Below, piece by piece: positions 37,731 through 50,572 of a stretch of 52,837 nucleotides of DNA. The notes beneath the pieces are model-generated. The model was not told the DNA's origin and did not search any database. It worked only from the letters and a program-made list of their open reading frames with translations. Origin of the DNA: Octopus bimaculoides (Eukaryota); assembly GCF_001194135.2 (NCBI RefSeq), contig NC_068984.1, forward strand, positions 70,515,713 to 70,568,549, in the 5' to 3' direction. Within the stretch, counting starts at the first letter, position 1. The number at the start of each line of letters is the position of its first letter. The position numbers and the translations under genes are program-made.

Positions 37731-38379
37731 AGAAGTCAAACAAAACATGAATTTCTTATTGGTAAAAATGACCTTTCCAAGATACAATAACATCTGTTTC
37801 AACACGTTTCCACATTAAGAATCTTACACCGCAAATACAAAGAAAAACAATAAAAGAAGCAACAGTGAATAGTTCTAACTGAATTAGTTTTCTTGCCATT
37901 TGAGTTTTATACATCTGATTATCATGTGAACTTGTTTTTGTTTTTCTTTTAGTAGAGTTTTGAGTTGGCTTCATATGCTTCAGTGTGAGCTCATTCTTTT
38001 CAGCATTGCTCTTGTTTCCAATGTTGGTATTTTTGATGGCTTTTGTTATGTTATTTGTTAATTTACTAGTTGTTATGTTGCCATTGGTTTGCTTTACTTT
38101 TTGTATCCGAGTTGTCATACGTTATTTGTGCATTTCTTTTTTTTATCATTGGATGGCATTGCTCTTAATTTGCCAATTTAGTAGTTGTCCCGTATCTGTT
38201 TGTCGATTTTCTATTGTATATTGGTTGATCACTTTTCTTTGGCCACTTTAGTGGATGTTCTCTTTCTACTTGACATTCTCTCGCTACTAAAAACTGTCAT
38301 TCTGTCTACTTCATTGTAGACCAGATTGCTAATTTAATCCATTATCACTAAAAACATCTATAATATATTTAGTGTTAGT

Positions 38380-38600
38380 AAGATGGAGAGCTGGCAGAAT
38401 CACTACCATGTTGGGCAAAAATGCTTAGTGACATTTTGTCTTTCTTTACATTTTGAGTTCAAATTCCACTGAAGTTGATTTTGCCTTTCAACATTTTTGG
38501 ATTCGATAAAATAAGTACTAGTTGAGCACTGGAGTTGATGTAGTCAAATTACCTCCTACTCTGAAATTACTGGCCTGGTGCCAAAATTTAAAAGCAATGT
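38380..38600 (+). mobile_element. tRNA-derived SINE, family C
   Basis: GAGCTGGCAGAATC...TGAGTTCAAATTC...TTTGCCTTTCA...GATAAAATAAGTAC; copies at 41556-41765, 47319-47538, 49497-49620 and 27650-27800 (minus). Confidence 0.75.
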
Positions 38601-38629
38601 ATTTAGTGTATGCATGTGTCTTTTATTTT

Positions 38630-39085
38630 TTATCTTTTACTTGTTACACTCAGTAGACTGCAACCATGCTGCGCACTGCCTTGAAGAAATTTTAGTGGAA
38701 GGAATCGATTCCAGTGCTCTTTTACTCTTTTGCTTGTTTCAGTCATTTGACTGTGGCCATGCTGGAGCACTGCCTTTAGTCAAGCAAATCGACCCAGGAC
38801 TTATTCTTTGTAAGCCTAGTACTTACTCTATTGGTCTCGTTTGCCAAACCGCTAAGTTACAGGGACCTAAACACTCCAGCATCAGTTGTCAAGTGATGTT
38901 GGGGGGACGAACACAGACACACAAACATATAAACACACATACATATATACGACGGGCTTCTTTCAGTTTCCATCTACCAAATCCAATCACAAGGCTTTGG
39001 TCAGCCCGAAGCTATAATAGAAGACACTTGCCCAAGGTGCCATGTAGTGGGACTGAAGGTAGAACCATGTGGTTGGGAAGTTAGC
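38630..39085 (-). mobile_element. tRNA-derived SINE, family A, with a duplicated 3' end
   Basis: Reverse-strand homologue; tail block GACTG...GGCCATGCTG..GCACTGCCTT is present twice. Confidence 0.8.
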
Positions 39086-39166
39086 TACTTACCACACAGC
39101 AACGCCTACTTAATATTTTTCTTTTTGCTAAGCCTGGTACTAATTCTATTGGTGGAGTTACAGATA

Positions 39167-39208
<42 letters not shown>

Positions 39209-39239
39209 CACACACACACATATATATATNNNNNNNNNN

Positions 39240-39435
39240 AGGAATTTATCTGTAAATAATATGTGACAAATATATAGTAGCCATGATAAAACTCTGAGTT
39301 TCGGATGTCAGGGCGGAAACCCACACCATCATTTCTTCAGTTATCTGGCCATCGAAAGTCCGAGTTTCGGATGTTAGGGCAGAAACCCATACCACCATTT
39401 CTTTAGTTATCTGGCCATCGATAGTGTCCATTCTG
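39240..39435 (-). mobile_element. PLE pLTR-like element with two tandem hammerhead-like units
   Basis: Unit 1 (39285-39345): GAUAA CUGAAGA...CAUCC GAAA CUCAGAG UU UUAUC. Unit 2 (about 39351-39411) has CUAAAGA. The 3' flank is homologous to 45190-45295. Confidence 0.65.
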
Positions 39436-40140
39436 AAGATCACAAAACTGATTATGTACGAAAGTTGGCTCTGAATAAAAGATTTGATGCTTTAGGATAC
39501 TAGCTCAATCCAGCAGTTGGTCCTATGAACTGAAACAGTACATTTTGAATTTAAATTTAAACATTTTGTATTTATTCTGTGTAAGAACTATTTGCAATAT
39601 TCCAAACACAGGTTTAATACTGTAGAAGTTAATTATCTTATTAAATCCTCAAAAACATTAATTAATTTAAAAATTAGTTGAAACATATGGGCAATGAAAT
39701 TACAATCATAAAGGTGTTACATCATTATGGTTTGTAGAATAATTACCAGGAAACAAACATCTATAATTGAAATCTCCCAAAACAATTAAGATGATAAGTG
39801 GCAGAATATAATGCTGCTAGATGAGTTTACTCAGATGGTGCTTAAGTCCTACTTTTGATTTCTGCTGCCAGTGATTTTTCCCCACCATTTTGGGAAAGTG
39901 CAAATACAATGAGAGCCCTTCTTGAAGTATCAGAATCTTCATATCTATCTGGAGCTGACCCTATAATATATCTTCATTTTACTCTTGGTTCTCATTTAAT
40001 ATAATCATTATATAAATTATACATTAATGCTTTGGAAACCAATGATTTTAGCCATAGCCATGTTGTCTTCTGGTGTGTCATATTGATCTCAGAATTTATT
40101 TTCTTGGTTTCTATTACTTGAAGGATTAAAGCACAGGTAT

Positions 40141-40385
40141 ATCGTCGTCGTCGTTTAACGTCCGCTTTCCATGCTAGCATGGGTTGGACGATTTGACTGA
40201 GGACTGGTGAAACCAGATGGCTACACCAGGCTCCAATCTGATTTGGCAGAGTTTTTACAGCTGGATGCCCTTCCTAACGCCAACCACTCAGAGTGTAGTG
40301 GGTGCTTTTACGTGTCACCCGCATGAAGGCCAGTTAGGCGGTACTGGCAACAGCCACGCTCATCTCGCTCGAAAAACCTCGTGTG
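40141..40385 (-). mobile_element. RTE-type 3' tail, well preserved
   Basis: (CGT)n TTAACGTCCGCTTTCCATGCTAGC..., reverse complement of 49150-49420. Confidence 0.85.
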
Positions 40386-40391
40386 TCACCC

Positions 40392-40430
<39 letters not shown>

Positions 40431-41555
40431 CGATCAGAAAATGCTGCCCACAAAGTAATTTATACAATCAGCTGGAGTGACCAAGGTTTCCTTCATAGGA
40501 CATAAATTTGCAGGAGTCTACTTATCCACAGCAAAGATGCAAATTTTGTAAAACTGAACAGTAGTTTTTTGCCTCTGAAGCTAGTCTATGAGAGGGTAAA
40601 GAGAAAATATATATATTGTACCTATTTGAATTACATTTCTAATAAACCTATTTGAAGAATTTTTAGATTTTGTATAAGTACATACACCCTATCCAGCATA
40701 AAGGTAACAAAAACTACTGTCAAGAAGGGCATTTGGTCATAAAGCTATCTCAGAAAGTTCTGTGTAATTCATGCCAGTAGGTAAAAGTGGACATAAGAAA
40801 GATGTTAATGATCAACCTATAACATAATGCTTATGCTTAATGTATATGATCAACTGGAGCAGATGGAAAATTTATGAATACAGTGTACACTGAAAGTGCT
40901 AAAAGAAAATGTAATACTAGTCAATGAGCAAGCCTTTGTGTGGCAGCTTAATCTGCTGAAAGTCCCTGCTAAACTACCCCCTAACAATACCATCTTTAAT
41001 AAAAAAAATTACACTTCATAATTCAGGAAAAACTGTTGGGATGATCATGATTTGAAAAAATATCCATCATAGTAGATCAGGGCTTACCTGAAGATAAATA
41101 TCAACAAAGCTATTGTTGCCAAGATTAATTAGAAATGTTTAAAATCTAGAAAGCTTTACAATTATTAAACTTACCTTCAAGTCATTTTCATTACTGAAGT
41201 GACAGTTGATCAATGGTGCTCTCTATTTGAGCTATAAAAGATCAGATGTTATTATATTACATTGTGTCACCTCCAAAAGTTAATTTCAAAATCATTCACA
41301 TTAATATTTTCTGTCCTTGATTTAGCGAGGCACTGAAAGTCTTTAAGGGAAATAACAAGTACAAATATAACCCCAGAAATACTGGATGGAATGTGAATGG
41401 TGCATATGTATGTATATACTTGTAATGAGTATAAAAGTCATTTAGTTTCACTTATTTGGCATGTAATTCAGTCTAACATTATGCATAAAAATTAAAAGTA
41501 TTTTGTAAATTACTTGCTAATATTTTAATGTAAATAATATTAAACATTGTGAAGG

Positions 41556-41765
41556 AAGCAGGCAGGCAGAATTGTAAGCAAGACAGGCAAAACGCTTAGT
41601 GGAATTTCATCCATCTTTAGGTTCTGAGTTCAAAATTCTGTTGAGGTTGACTTTGCCTTTCACCCCTTCAAAGTCAATGAAATAAGTACCACATAAACAC
41701 TGGGGGTGATGTAATCAACTTATTCCCTTCCCAAAATTGGGCTTGTGCCAAAATTTGAAATCAAT
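41556..41765 (+). mobile_element. tRNA-derived SINE, family C
   Basis: Homologous to 47319-47538. Confidence 0.7.
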
Positions 41766-42699
41766 ATTAAACATTGTAAATATTGAACCATATATCTTCC
41801 ATTTTCAGAAAATAAATTATAATAGCTATATGCTCAAAGACCTTTCAGTGTGCCAGTTGCTGCTCTTCTCTGTCTCAATTTGTTTCTTATGCTTCATGTA
41901 AAAGTTAATTGTATTAGTATAGTGTTATAGTAAGAATTTTAATCATACACTGATACATTAATTCCATTTAAATTATTATCTTCTGATGATATTATATATC
42001 ATTCAGTACCGGAATAATTATAAATTGAAAAATGACTTTATCAATGCATCTATGATTTAAATTGCTAATATGACACTACCTCCATGAAACTGATTGTATA
42101 AATATTTCAGCAGATAATTATCCTTAACTTTGGTTAAAACCATTTCTACAAGTCAAATGAATGTTTTCCATCCAGGCAAGAAGTTGTACATGACAACTAA
42201 TTAACTTTCTCTGTATTTTAATACTTGATTACAATCTGGATAAGTGACATGACAATTTTCCCTACTTAAATATAATATTGCACTAAATGTTTTCTTAACT
42301 CTGATGATTATGTAGTCTAAATGTTTATGATATCAAATATTCTAGATACTATAAACAAATATTCCTGCAAGGTTAGTGATACATGTATCTTTATACAAGC
42401 ATCTATATAGGTATATATAAATGCGTATGAATGTGTGTATATACATATATATCAGTTGCATATGGTAGTTGTTGTATTGGGTGTGCTGTCACACTCAGTG
42501 CCACTAAATTTCAAGCAGTGGTATAACAAAAGTTTTCCATTAAGATGTGTGATTAAATTAATGAGTAAGGTTAATATTTATAATGAATTTGCCATTCACG
42601 ATCGGTGTGCAGCGCACACCTAACACACCCGGAATATATACCTCTGATGCATAAACATACATACACATATATACGTATATACACTCCAATATTTATCAC

Positions 42700-42985
42700 C
42701 ATCATCATCATCAGTTTAATGTTCGCATACCCATGTTCATTTGGGGTTGTCAGAATTAGTTGTGTCATATTCTGTGGCCAGATGCCCTTTTTAATGCCAA
42801 CCATTCCAAGAGAGTAAAAAGCATCCATTAGATTCTTGGAGTGGTTAGCATTAGGAAGGGCAACCAGCTGTAGAAGCCGAGCCAAATCAGACTGGAACCT
42901 GGTACAACTCTCCGGCTTACCAGTCCTAAAATGTCTAACACATGCCAGCATGGAAAATGAATGCTAAACAATGATGATTATTATG
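42700..42985. mobile_element. Two degraded RTE-type tails, head to head
   Basis: (CAT)n-led minus copy to about 42810, then a plus copy ending CTAAACAATGATG. Confidence 0.55.
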
Positions 42986-42999
42986 ATGATATATATATA

Positions 43000-43375
43000 C
43001 AGGCACAGGTGTGGCTGTATAGTAAGTAGCTTGCTAACCAACCACGTGGTTCCGGGTTCAATCCCACTGCATGTCACCATGGGCAAGTGTCTTTTACTAT
43101 AGCCTCAGGCCAACCAATGCCTTGTGAGTGGATTTAGTAGAAAGAAGCCCATCGTATATACGTGTGTGTGTGTGTGTGTGTGTGTGTTTGTCCTCCCAAC
43201 ATCGTTTGACAACTGATGTTGATGTGTTTATGTCCCCATAACTTAGCAGTTCACCAAAAAAGATTTATAGGATAAGTACTAGACTTACAAAGAATAAGTC
43301 CTTGGGTTGACTTGTTCAACTAAAGTGGTGCTACAGCATGGCTGCAGTTAAATGACTGAAATAAATAAAAGAATA
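43000..43375 (+). mobile_element. tRNA-derived SINE, family A
   Basis: Full-length homologue of 5895-6300. Confidence 0.85.
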
Positions 43376-43387
43376 AAGGAAGATATA

Positions 43388-43790
43388 TATATATATATAT
43401 ATATATAGGCACAGACATAACTGTGTGGTAAGAAGCTTGCTTCCCAACCACGTGGTTCTGAGTTCAGTCCCACTGCTTGAGATCTTGGGCAAGTGTTTTC
43501 TACTATAGACTCAGGCTGACCAAAGCCTTGTGAGTGGATTTGGTAGAAAGAAACCAAAAATGCCTATTGTGTATATACACATAGATATATATATGTGTGT
43601 GTATGTGTGTGTGGGTGTCTGTATTTATGCGTGTGTGTTTTTGTGTCTCTATTTGTCATCCCACCATTGCTTGACAACTGATGTTGCTGTGCTCACATTT
43701 GTGTAGCATAGCAGTTCAGCAAAAGTGACTGATACAATAAGTACTAGGCTTACAAAGAATAAGTACTGGGATTGATTTCTTCGAGTAAGA
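43388..43790 (+). mobile_element. tRNA-derived SINE, family A, tandem to the previous copy
   Basis: Full-length homologue separated from 43000-43375 by (TA)n. Confidence 0.85.
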
Positions 43791-45244
43791 ATAACAATAT
43801 ACATACATACCTATATATATATATATATGTTTGTATGTATGTAAGTAGAATTAGCAGTTGGAATAACCATCTAAGGGATAAGAATATCCATTATTACAAC
43901 CGGTATAAATTACCTATGTTAACCATGGGCATGGATATGCAATCATACTATGCACATAAGATACAGGTAATAACAGAATAAACAAGAGTTTATCAGGAAT
44001 CAAATTCAAAATGAGCAGAAAATGGAGAAAACTTTCGATCAACAAATTGACTACCATCAGTTAAATATTTTTCAGTACAAAACTTGAACATTGCTTACAG
44101 CCGTTTCTACCACCAACATCAGTTGGTGTCGCCAAAGAAAATTATGAGAATAATATTCATCATCTTTATACCACATCTGATCTAGTACATGAAGCTTCAT
44201 CAGAGAGGATATAAATACATAAAATAAAAGAAGAGACGAGAGAAGAGAAGGGATAGTCAAGCCAGGAAAAATACTTCACAATCTCTCTGTTAATACAAAT
44301 ACACCAGGCTAAAAAAGTGTTTTTATGTGATTAAAGAATTTCACATAAACCTATGTAAGGATCTAAAGTTGTAGTCCAACACCGGTCAGTTTTGTAAATC
44401 CATGGTTGCTTGCCCAGTGAAACTAATAATTTTCACACAGTGATATACAAGAAAAGGCATAGAAAATGGGGTTTCACATATTCCTTTATTTGTGCAATTT
44501 TGATTTACAGCTGTTTTTGATAAGCATTACTGGTGTATTCATAGATAGAAGTGCTGTTTACACAATTGGCCCATTGATTGATTGAGAAATATTGGACGAC
44601 CTTAAAAAGAAAGTAATGCTATCTTCGTCAGAATCTGCACTTGTAATGGTAAATCAAACTAAAGCAGAACCAAAATAATACAAACATTGGAAAAGGGGAT
44701 AAGAGAGAGGAAAGAAGAAGAAGAAGAATGGAAGCAGAGAAAAAAGACAGATGAAAGAATGGAGTAGAACCAGAGATATATAAGAAGAAAGATGAAGACA
44801 GAAAGAGAGGGAGGAGAAACGTGTAAATGAAGGAAAGAATGGCAAGGAATCTGTGGACGTTTTTATCTGTAATTAGGTCACCACTCTCAAGCTATTTTAT
44901 TGAGAAAATTAACTTGATGATGACCACTGGTGTAAGCGACCAATATCAAATTTCAACACCCTCTGTAGATAATATCTAACCTAGGCAGCATTAACTTTAG
45001 CTAAGAGTAATTTATATATGCTTATGCATATATATATATATATATATATATATAGTGTATGTATGTATATATATATGTGTGTGTGTGTATCTATCTATCT
45101 ACCTATCTGTCTATCTATATATATATATATATATATTTGGCAGGAGTGGCAACAAAAGAAAGAAAGACACCTCGATATTATGCAAATAGAGGAATGTATC
45201 TGTAAAAATATGTGACACTTATTCAGTAGCCATGNNNNNNNNNN

Positions 45245-45679
45245 GTAAAAATATGTGACACTTATTCAGTAGCCATGATAAAACTCCGAGTTTCCAATGC
45301 CCGGGCGGTGTTCCGCTCCGGCCATCTCTTCAGTTATCCAACTACCGGAGATTCTATTTGAAAAACCGTTATAGGGACGAAAACAAAGGGAAATAAGCAA
45401 CCATAAACATAAGCAAAGAGAAATTACTGTGTGGTGTCAAACCCGTCTAAATTTGTGTGCATGATATACGCAAATTTAGACGGGTTTGACCCCACACAGT
45501 AATTTCCCTTTGTTTATGTTTATGGTTGCTCATTTCCCTTTATTTTTGTCCCTATAACGGTTTTTCAAATAGAATCTCCGGTAGTTGGATAACTGAAGAG
45601 AGGGCCGGAGCAGAACACTGCACGGGCATCGGAATCTCGGAGTTTTATCATGGCTACTGAATAAGTGTCACATATTTTT

Positions 45680-45681
<2 letters not shown>
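45245..45681. mobile_element. 437-bp foldback of two divergent pLTR-like ends, each with a hammerhead motif
   Basis: Arms of about 218 bp with roughly 15 mismatches by manual count, centre at 45463, essentially no spacer; HHR on minus 45277-45338 and on plus 45588-45649. Confidence 0.85.
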
Positions 45682-45722
<41 letters not shown>

Positions 45723-46239
45723 TGTCTGTGTATAAATGGGTATACCTCTATTTCTTATATTTATCACATACCTGTGATAAATATAAAAAATAGAGATAGA
45801 TAAAAAAATTTAAATAAATAAATAAATCTATATAAAGGGCATGGGTACTAATAACTTAGGTGAACCCATACACACACACAATCTCACACACAGTAATTTC
45901 ACAAACGGCTGTAACAATATCAACAACATGACTAACAATGACAGCAGCAGCAGTGGTAACGATGGTAATATTAACAACAGCAACTATCACCATAGGCAAA
46001 CACACAAACACAGAGAGAGACAGTAATTGTACCAAAATCTTTGTCCTGGGACAGCAGCAGCAACAATGGTATGAGGGGATGGGGCTGAGGGGAAGGCCAT
46101 ACTGCTGCTAAGAACAATGATATACACAAGCATACACACACACACACACACACATGCAAATGCATGCACACATAAGCATACACATCATAGAAGAGCAGAA
46201 TGAAGTAAGGGGAGCAAGAGCACACATGAAAACAAAAAG

Positions 46240-46284
46240 TGTTACTGAAGAGGTCACAGATGTGTGATGAAAGGCGTCTGGACA
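46240..46284 (+). ncRNA. Isolated minimal type I hammerhead-like motif
   Basis: UGUUA CUGAAGA G GUCAC agaugu GUGAU GAAA GGCG UC UGGACA. Confidence 0.5.
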
Positions 46285-46444
46285 ATTGACATGAGTTAAA
46301 ATAAGAACAGTAATAAATGAGTGGCGAACCAATATATAGTGTGTGAGTTTATTTGACCAAAAACAAAAAGAAAAGAATGAATATCCCGAAATACAGCAAT
46401 AAATGTTTCAACACACGATTTCACTTCAGGAATCTTGCAAAACA

Positions 46445-46511
<67 letters not shown>

Positions 46512-47318
46512 CATCTGTCAAGAAGTCTAAGAAAAAGTAAGGCATGTCACTTGTTTCTTCACTGTAATGGAAATATAAAAAAGAAAATTTGGTCAATATT
46601 CGTTGAATTAATATAAATTTATCACAGAATGGTTTGTCAAATAATCCTATTAGATGCTGTTTGAGAGGGAGAGAAAGATAAACAGAAAGATAGACAGAGA
46701 GCTAGAGAGAGAGTAAGATGTATGGAAGGAATCCATATTTATATCTATCTGTATATATATAGATATATATATATAGAGAGAGAGAGAGAAAGAGATGGAT
46801 AGATAGATAGATAGATATGTGTGGATATAGATAAACACACAGGCCCTTACATGCACAAGCAGAGACAGTCAGTATGCATATATACATTCTCATACATATG
46901 TACTTATATATGAATCTAGGTACTTAATATATATATATATACACACGCTCTCATATATAAACACACATTTATGCATCATCCCTTATATGCTCTTGCCTAG
47001 CAGCATTTTCGATTAGTTCCCACATGTTATATCAGTCTGGGTTATCCATAAATGATTCATCTTCCCAAACTACCATTCATACATTTAATTTCCTATATAT
47101 TCTTCTTTTCTCTGAGATAATATTTCTCACACTACTTCAGTCCTTTCCGTTTCAGTTCTTTCATGTCATAACTAGTCCTTCATCACATTATTTCCACTAC
47201 AATTATTATTATTATTATTATTAATATTGTTGTTGTTGTTGTTGTTGTTATCATTGTCGTCGTCGGCGTTGTCGGCGTCATCATCGTCATCATCATCATT
47301 ATTATTATTATTAAGATT

Positions 47319-47538
47319 AAGGTGTTGAGCTGGCAGAATCGTTAGCATGCCGGATGAAATGCTTAGTGGTATTTTGTCTGCCACTACATTCTGAGTTCTA
47401 ATTCTGCCAAGGTCGATTTTGCCTTTTATCCTTTCGAAGTCGATGAATTTAGTACCAGTGAAACACTGGAGTCGATGTAATCAATTATCTTTCTCCCTCA
47501 AATTTCAGGCCTCATGCCTATTGTAGAAGGGATTATTA
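47319..47538 (+). mobile_element. tRNA-derived SINE, family C
   Basis: Best-preserved copy: GAGCTGGCAGAATCGTTAGC...CTGAGTTCTAATTC...GTCGATTTTGCCTTTTATCCTTTCG. Confidence 0.8.
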
Positions 47539-47539
47539 C

Positions 47540-49423
47540 ACAGGGAAAGCCCCCGGCCCATCAGGAATCACTGAAGAGATGCTCAAAATATCTGGCAGTG
47601 TTGGCTACAGCCTAGTCACCCATATTACGAACCAGGTGATACACGAAGGAGTCATACCCAATGACTGGTGTAGCAGCACCATAGTAAACTGCTACAAAGG
47701 TAAAGGTGACGCTTTAGACACTAATAATTACAGAGGCATCAAGCTGTTAGATCAGGTTATGAAAGTTACAGAGAGGGTCATAGCCCAACTAATTAGGGAG
47801 CAAATCAATTTAGATGAGATGCAGTTTGGGTTCGTGCCAGGTAAAAGCACTACTGATGCCATATTTCTAGTGAGACAGCTGCAGGAGAAATATCTAGCCA
47901 AGGATAAACCTCTGTACTTGGCCTTCGTTGACATGGAGAAAGCCTTTGACAGTGTCCCCCGATCCGTTATCTGGTGGTCAATGCGGAAACTTGGGATAGA
48001 AGAATGGTTAGTGAGAGCTGTGCGAGCCATGTACAGAGATGCTGTCAGTAAGGTGAAGGTTGGAAATGAGTANNNNNNNNNNATGGTTAGTGAGAGCTGT
48101 GCGAGCCATGTACAGAGATGCTGTCAGTAAGGTGAAGGTTGGAAATGAGTACAGTAATGAATTCCGGGTAGAGGTAGGGGTCCATCAATGTTCCGTGCTC
48201 AGCCCCCTCCTATTTATCATAGTTCTCCAGGCGATCACAGAGGAATTCAAGACAGGTTGCCCCTGGGAGCTCCTCTATGCTGATGACCTTGCACTAATTG
48301 TGCAGTCACTATCAGAACTAGAGAAGTTTAAGGTGTGGAAGCAAGGACTAGAATCGAAGGGCCTTTGAGTCAACCTAGCAAAAACCAAAATCCTAATAAG
48401 TNNNNNNNNNNNNNNNNNNNNNNNNNNNNNNNNNNNNNNNNNNNNNNNNNNNNNNNNNNNNNNNNNNNNNNNNNNNNNNNNNNNNNNNNNNNNNNNNNNN
48501 NNNNNNNNNNNNNNNNNNNNNNNNNNNNNNNNNNNNNNNNNNNNNNNNNNNNNNNNNNNNNNNNNNNNNNNNNNNNNNNNNNNNNNNNNNNNNNNNNNNN
48601 NNNNNNNNNNNNNNNNNNNNNNNNNNNNNNNNNNNNNNNNNNNNNNNNNNNNNNNNNNNNNNNNNNNNNNNNNNNNNNNNNNNNNNNNNNNNNNNNNNNN
48701 NNNNNNNNNNNNNNNNNNNNNNNNNNNNNNNNNNNNNNNNNNNNNNNNNNNNNNNNNNNNNNNNNNNNNNNNNNNNNNNNNNNNNNNNNNNNNNNNNNNN
48801 NNNNNNNNNNNNNNNNNNNNNNNNNNNNNNNNNNNNNNNNNNNNNNNNNNNNNNNNNNNNNNNNNNNNNNNNNNNNNNNNNNNNNNNNNNNNNNNNNNNN
48901 NNNNNNNNNNNNNNNNNNNNNNNNNNNNNNNNNNNNNNNNNNNNNNNNNNNNNNNNNNNNNNNNNNNNNNNNNNNNNNNNNNNNNNNNNNNNNNNNNNNN
49001 NNNNNNNNNNNNNNNNNNNNNNNNNNNNNNNNNNNNNNNNNNNNNNNNNNNNNNNNNNNNNNNNNNNNNNNNNNNNNNNNNNNNNNNNNNNNNNAGATGT
49101 ACCATCCTGAGCGTGACTGTTGCCAGTACCGCCTGACTGGCCTTGTAGGGTTTTTCGAGCGAGATCGTTGCCTGTGCCCCTGGACTGGCTCTTGTGCGGG
49201 TGGCACATAAAAGACACCATTTCGAGCGTGGCCGTTTTCGTGCGGGTGACACGTAAAATCACCCACTACACTCTCTGAGTGGTTGGCGTTAGGAAGGGCA
49301 TCCAGCTGTAGAAACTCTGCCAAATTAGATTGGAGCCTGGTGTAGCCATCCGGTTGCACCAGTCCTCAGTCAAATCGTCCAACCCATGCTAGCATGGAAA
49401 GCAGACGTGAAACGATGATGATG
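47540..49423 (+). mobile_element. Relatively young 5'-truncated RTE LINE (RT core; middle in a gap)
   Basis: GKAPGPSGI; NYRGIKLLDQVMKV; QFGFVPGKSTTDAIF; LAFVDMEKAFDSVP; GVHQCSVLSPLLFII; LLYADDLALI; 3' UTR and (GAT)n tail after the gap at 48402-49094. Confidence 0.92.
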
Positions 49424-49457
49424 ATTATTATTATTGTTATTATTATTGTTATTGTTG

Positions 49458-49495
<38 letters not shown>

Positions 49496-49629
49496 TAGAT
49501 GGTGAGTTGGCTGTATCATCAGTGCAATGGAGAAAATGTTTAGTGGCATTTTGGTCATCTTTATGTTTGGAGTTCAAAATTAACAAAAATCAACTTTTGC
49601 CTTCCATCCTTCTGGAGATGGTAACATCT

Positions 49630-50240
49630 CGAAATTATGTGCATAGCACATTACTACTTATAACCTTAGGTATCCACAAGTTTTCAGCAGTCTTTCAAGT
49701 GCTTAGAACCCTCCTGATAATTCTTGCTGTCCTTAAGAGACAAACTTTTTGTAGGACCTCTACCAGGTATTCTATTTCAATCTCCTTCAGCCATTTGTCT
49801 ATAACTTGGCTTACTGTTACTAATGCACCAATTATTATATCATGACCTTTACAGTTCTCATACTCTAAATTCTTCCTATTTCAAACTTTAAGGGATTGTA
49901 TTTTTTGTTTTTATTCCTCTTTCCTTACATCTTGAAATCAAATGGGCATGATGGTTGGATAAGTAAGCAACTTCAGTTTTCCTAATCTTCAATTACTATA
50001 TCTAGTCTATTATCTAGTCTATTATCTTGTCCATTTAAATAGAAAAGTCCCACAAAATCTGACATTTCTCTGACTCCTCTACTCTTTCAACTCGATGAAA
50101 GATCTCCATTTCTGGTCCAGTTTCCAATGTATAACTTCTACAATCAGGCCGTGCTTCCGTTTCTTATATTCTTCCTGTGCCAACTTGGGGCATTCTGCCA
50201 CAATGTGGGCCACTGTCTCTTTCCAAGTTCATCATACCCA
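49630..50240 (-). pseudogene. RLE-type LINE 3' fragments
   Basis: KETVAHIVAECPKLAQEEYKKRKH...IHWKL and VIDKWLKEIEIEYLVEVLQKVCLLRTARIIRRVLST*. Confidence 0.75.
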
Positions 50241-50531
50241 TCATGACTACTTGCCTGATAAGGGAACATCAGGCACATGCATCAAACCATATGTGCAATG
50301 ACATAGTGATTTCATATCGAGATAAACTACACTTGACCTTGGAGGTCAAGAAGCCCACACCGCACAAAAGATCCCTGAATAAGAGTTGTTTACAAATGTT
50401 CAATGAAACACCTATGTTTCAAAGGGTGAATTATTCGAACCCCAAAGAATTCCTTTCAACACATGGCTATGATATTATTATCATTATTATTATTATGATT
50501 ATTATTATTATTATTATTATTATTATTTTTA

Positions 50532-50571
<40 letters not shown>

Positions 50572-50572
<1 letters not shown>

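Noticed and set aside
37756-38118. 120-aa minus-strand ORF rich in K/T/N
   Set aside because: Low complexity expected from T-rich DNA; no motifs and no convincing splice sites.
41175-41222. Minus-strand exon candidate RAPLINCHFSNENDLK with a GTAAGT donor
   Set aside because: Isolated; I could not chain it to any other minus-strand exon.
44055-44160. Short minus-strand ORF MMNIILIISLATPTDVGGRNGCKQC that looks like a signal peptide
   Set aside because: Only about 33 codons with no supporting context; likely chance.
45201-45244. Direct duplication of the start of the foldback arm across a 10-N gap
   Set aside because: Identical sequence on both sides of a placeholder gap indicates an unmerged contig overlap. 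The palindrome itself has diverged arms and is not explained this way.
48003-48152. Duplication of about 70 bp inside the RTE RT
   Set aside because: Identical copies flank a 10-N gap, so this is an assembly overlap artefact.
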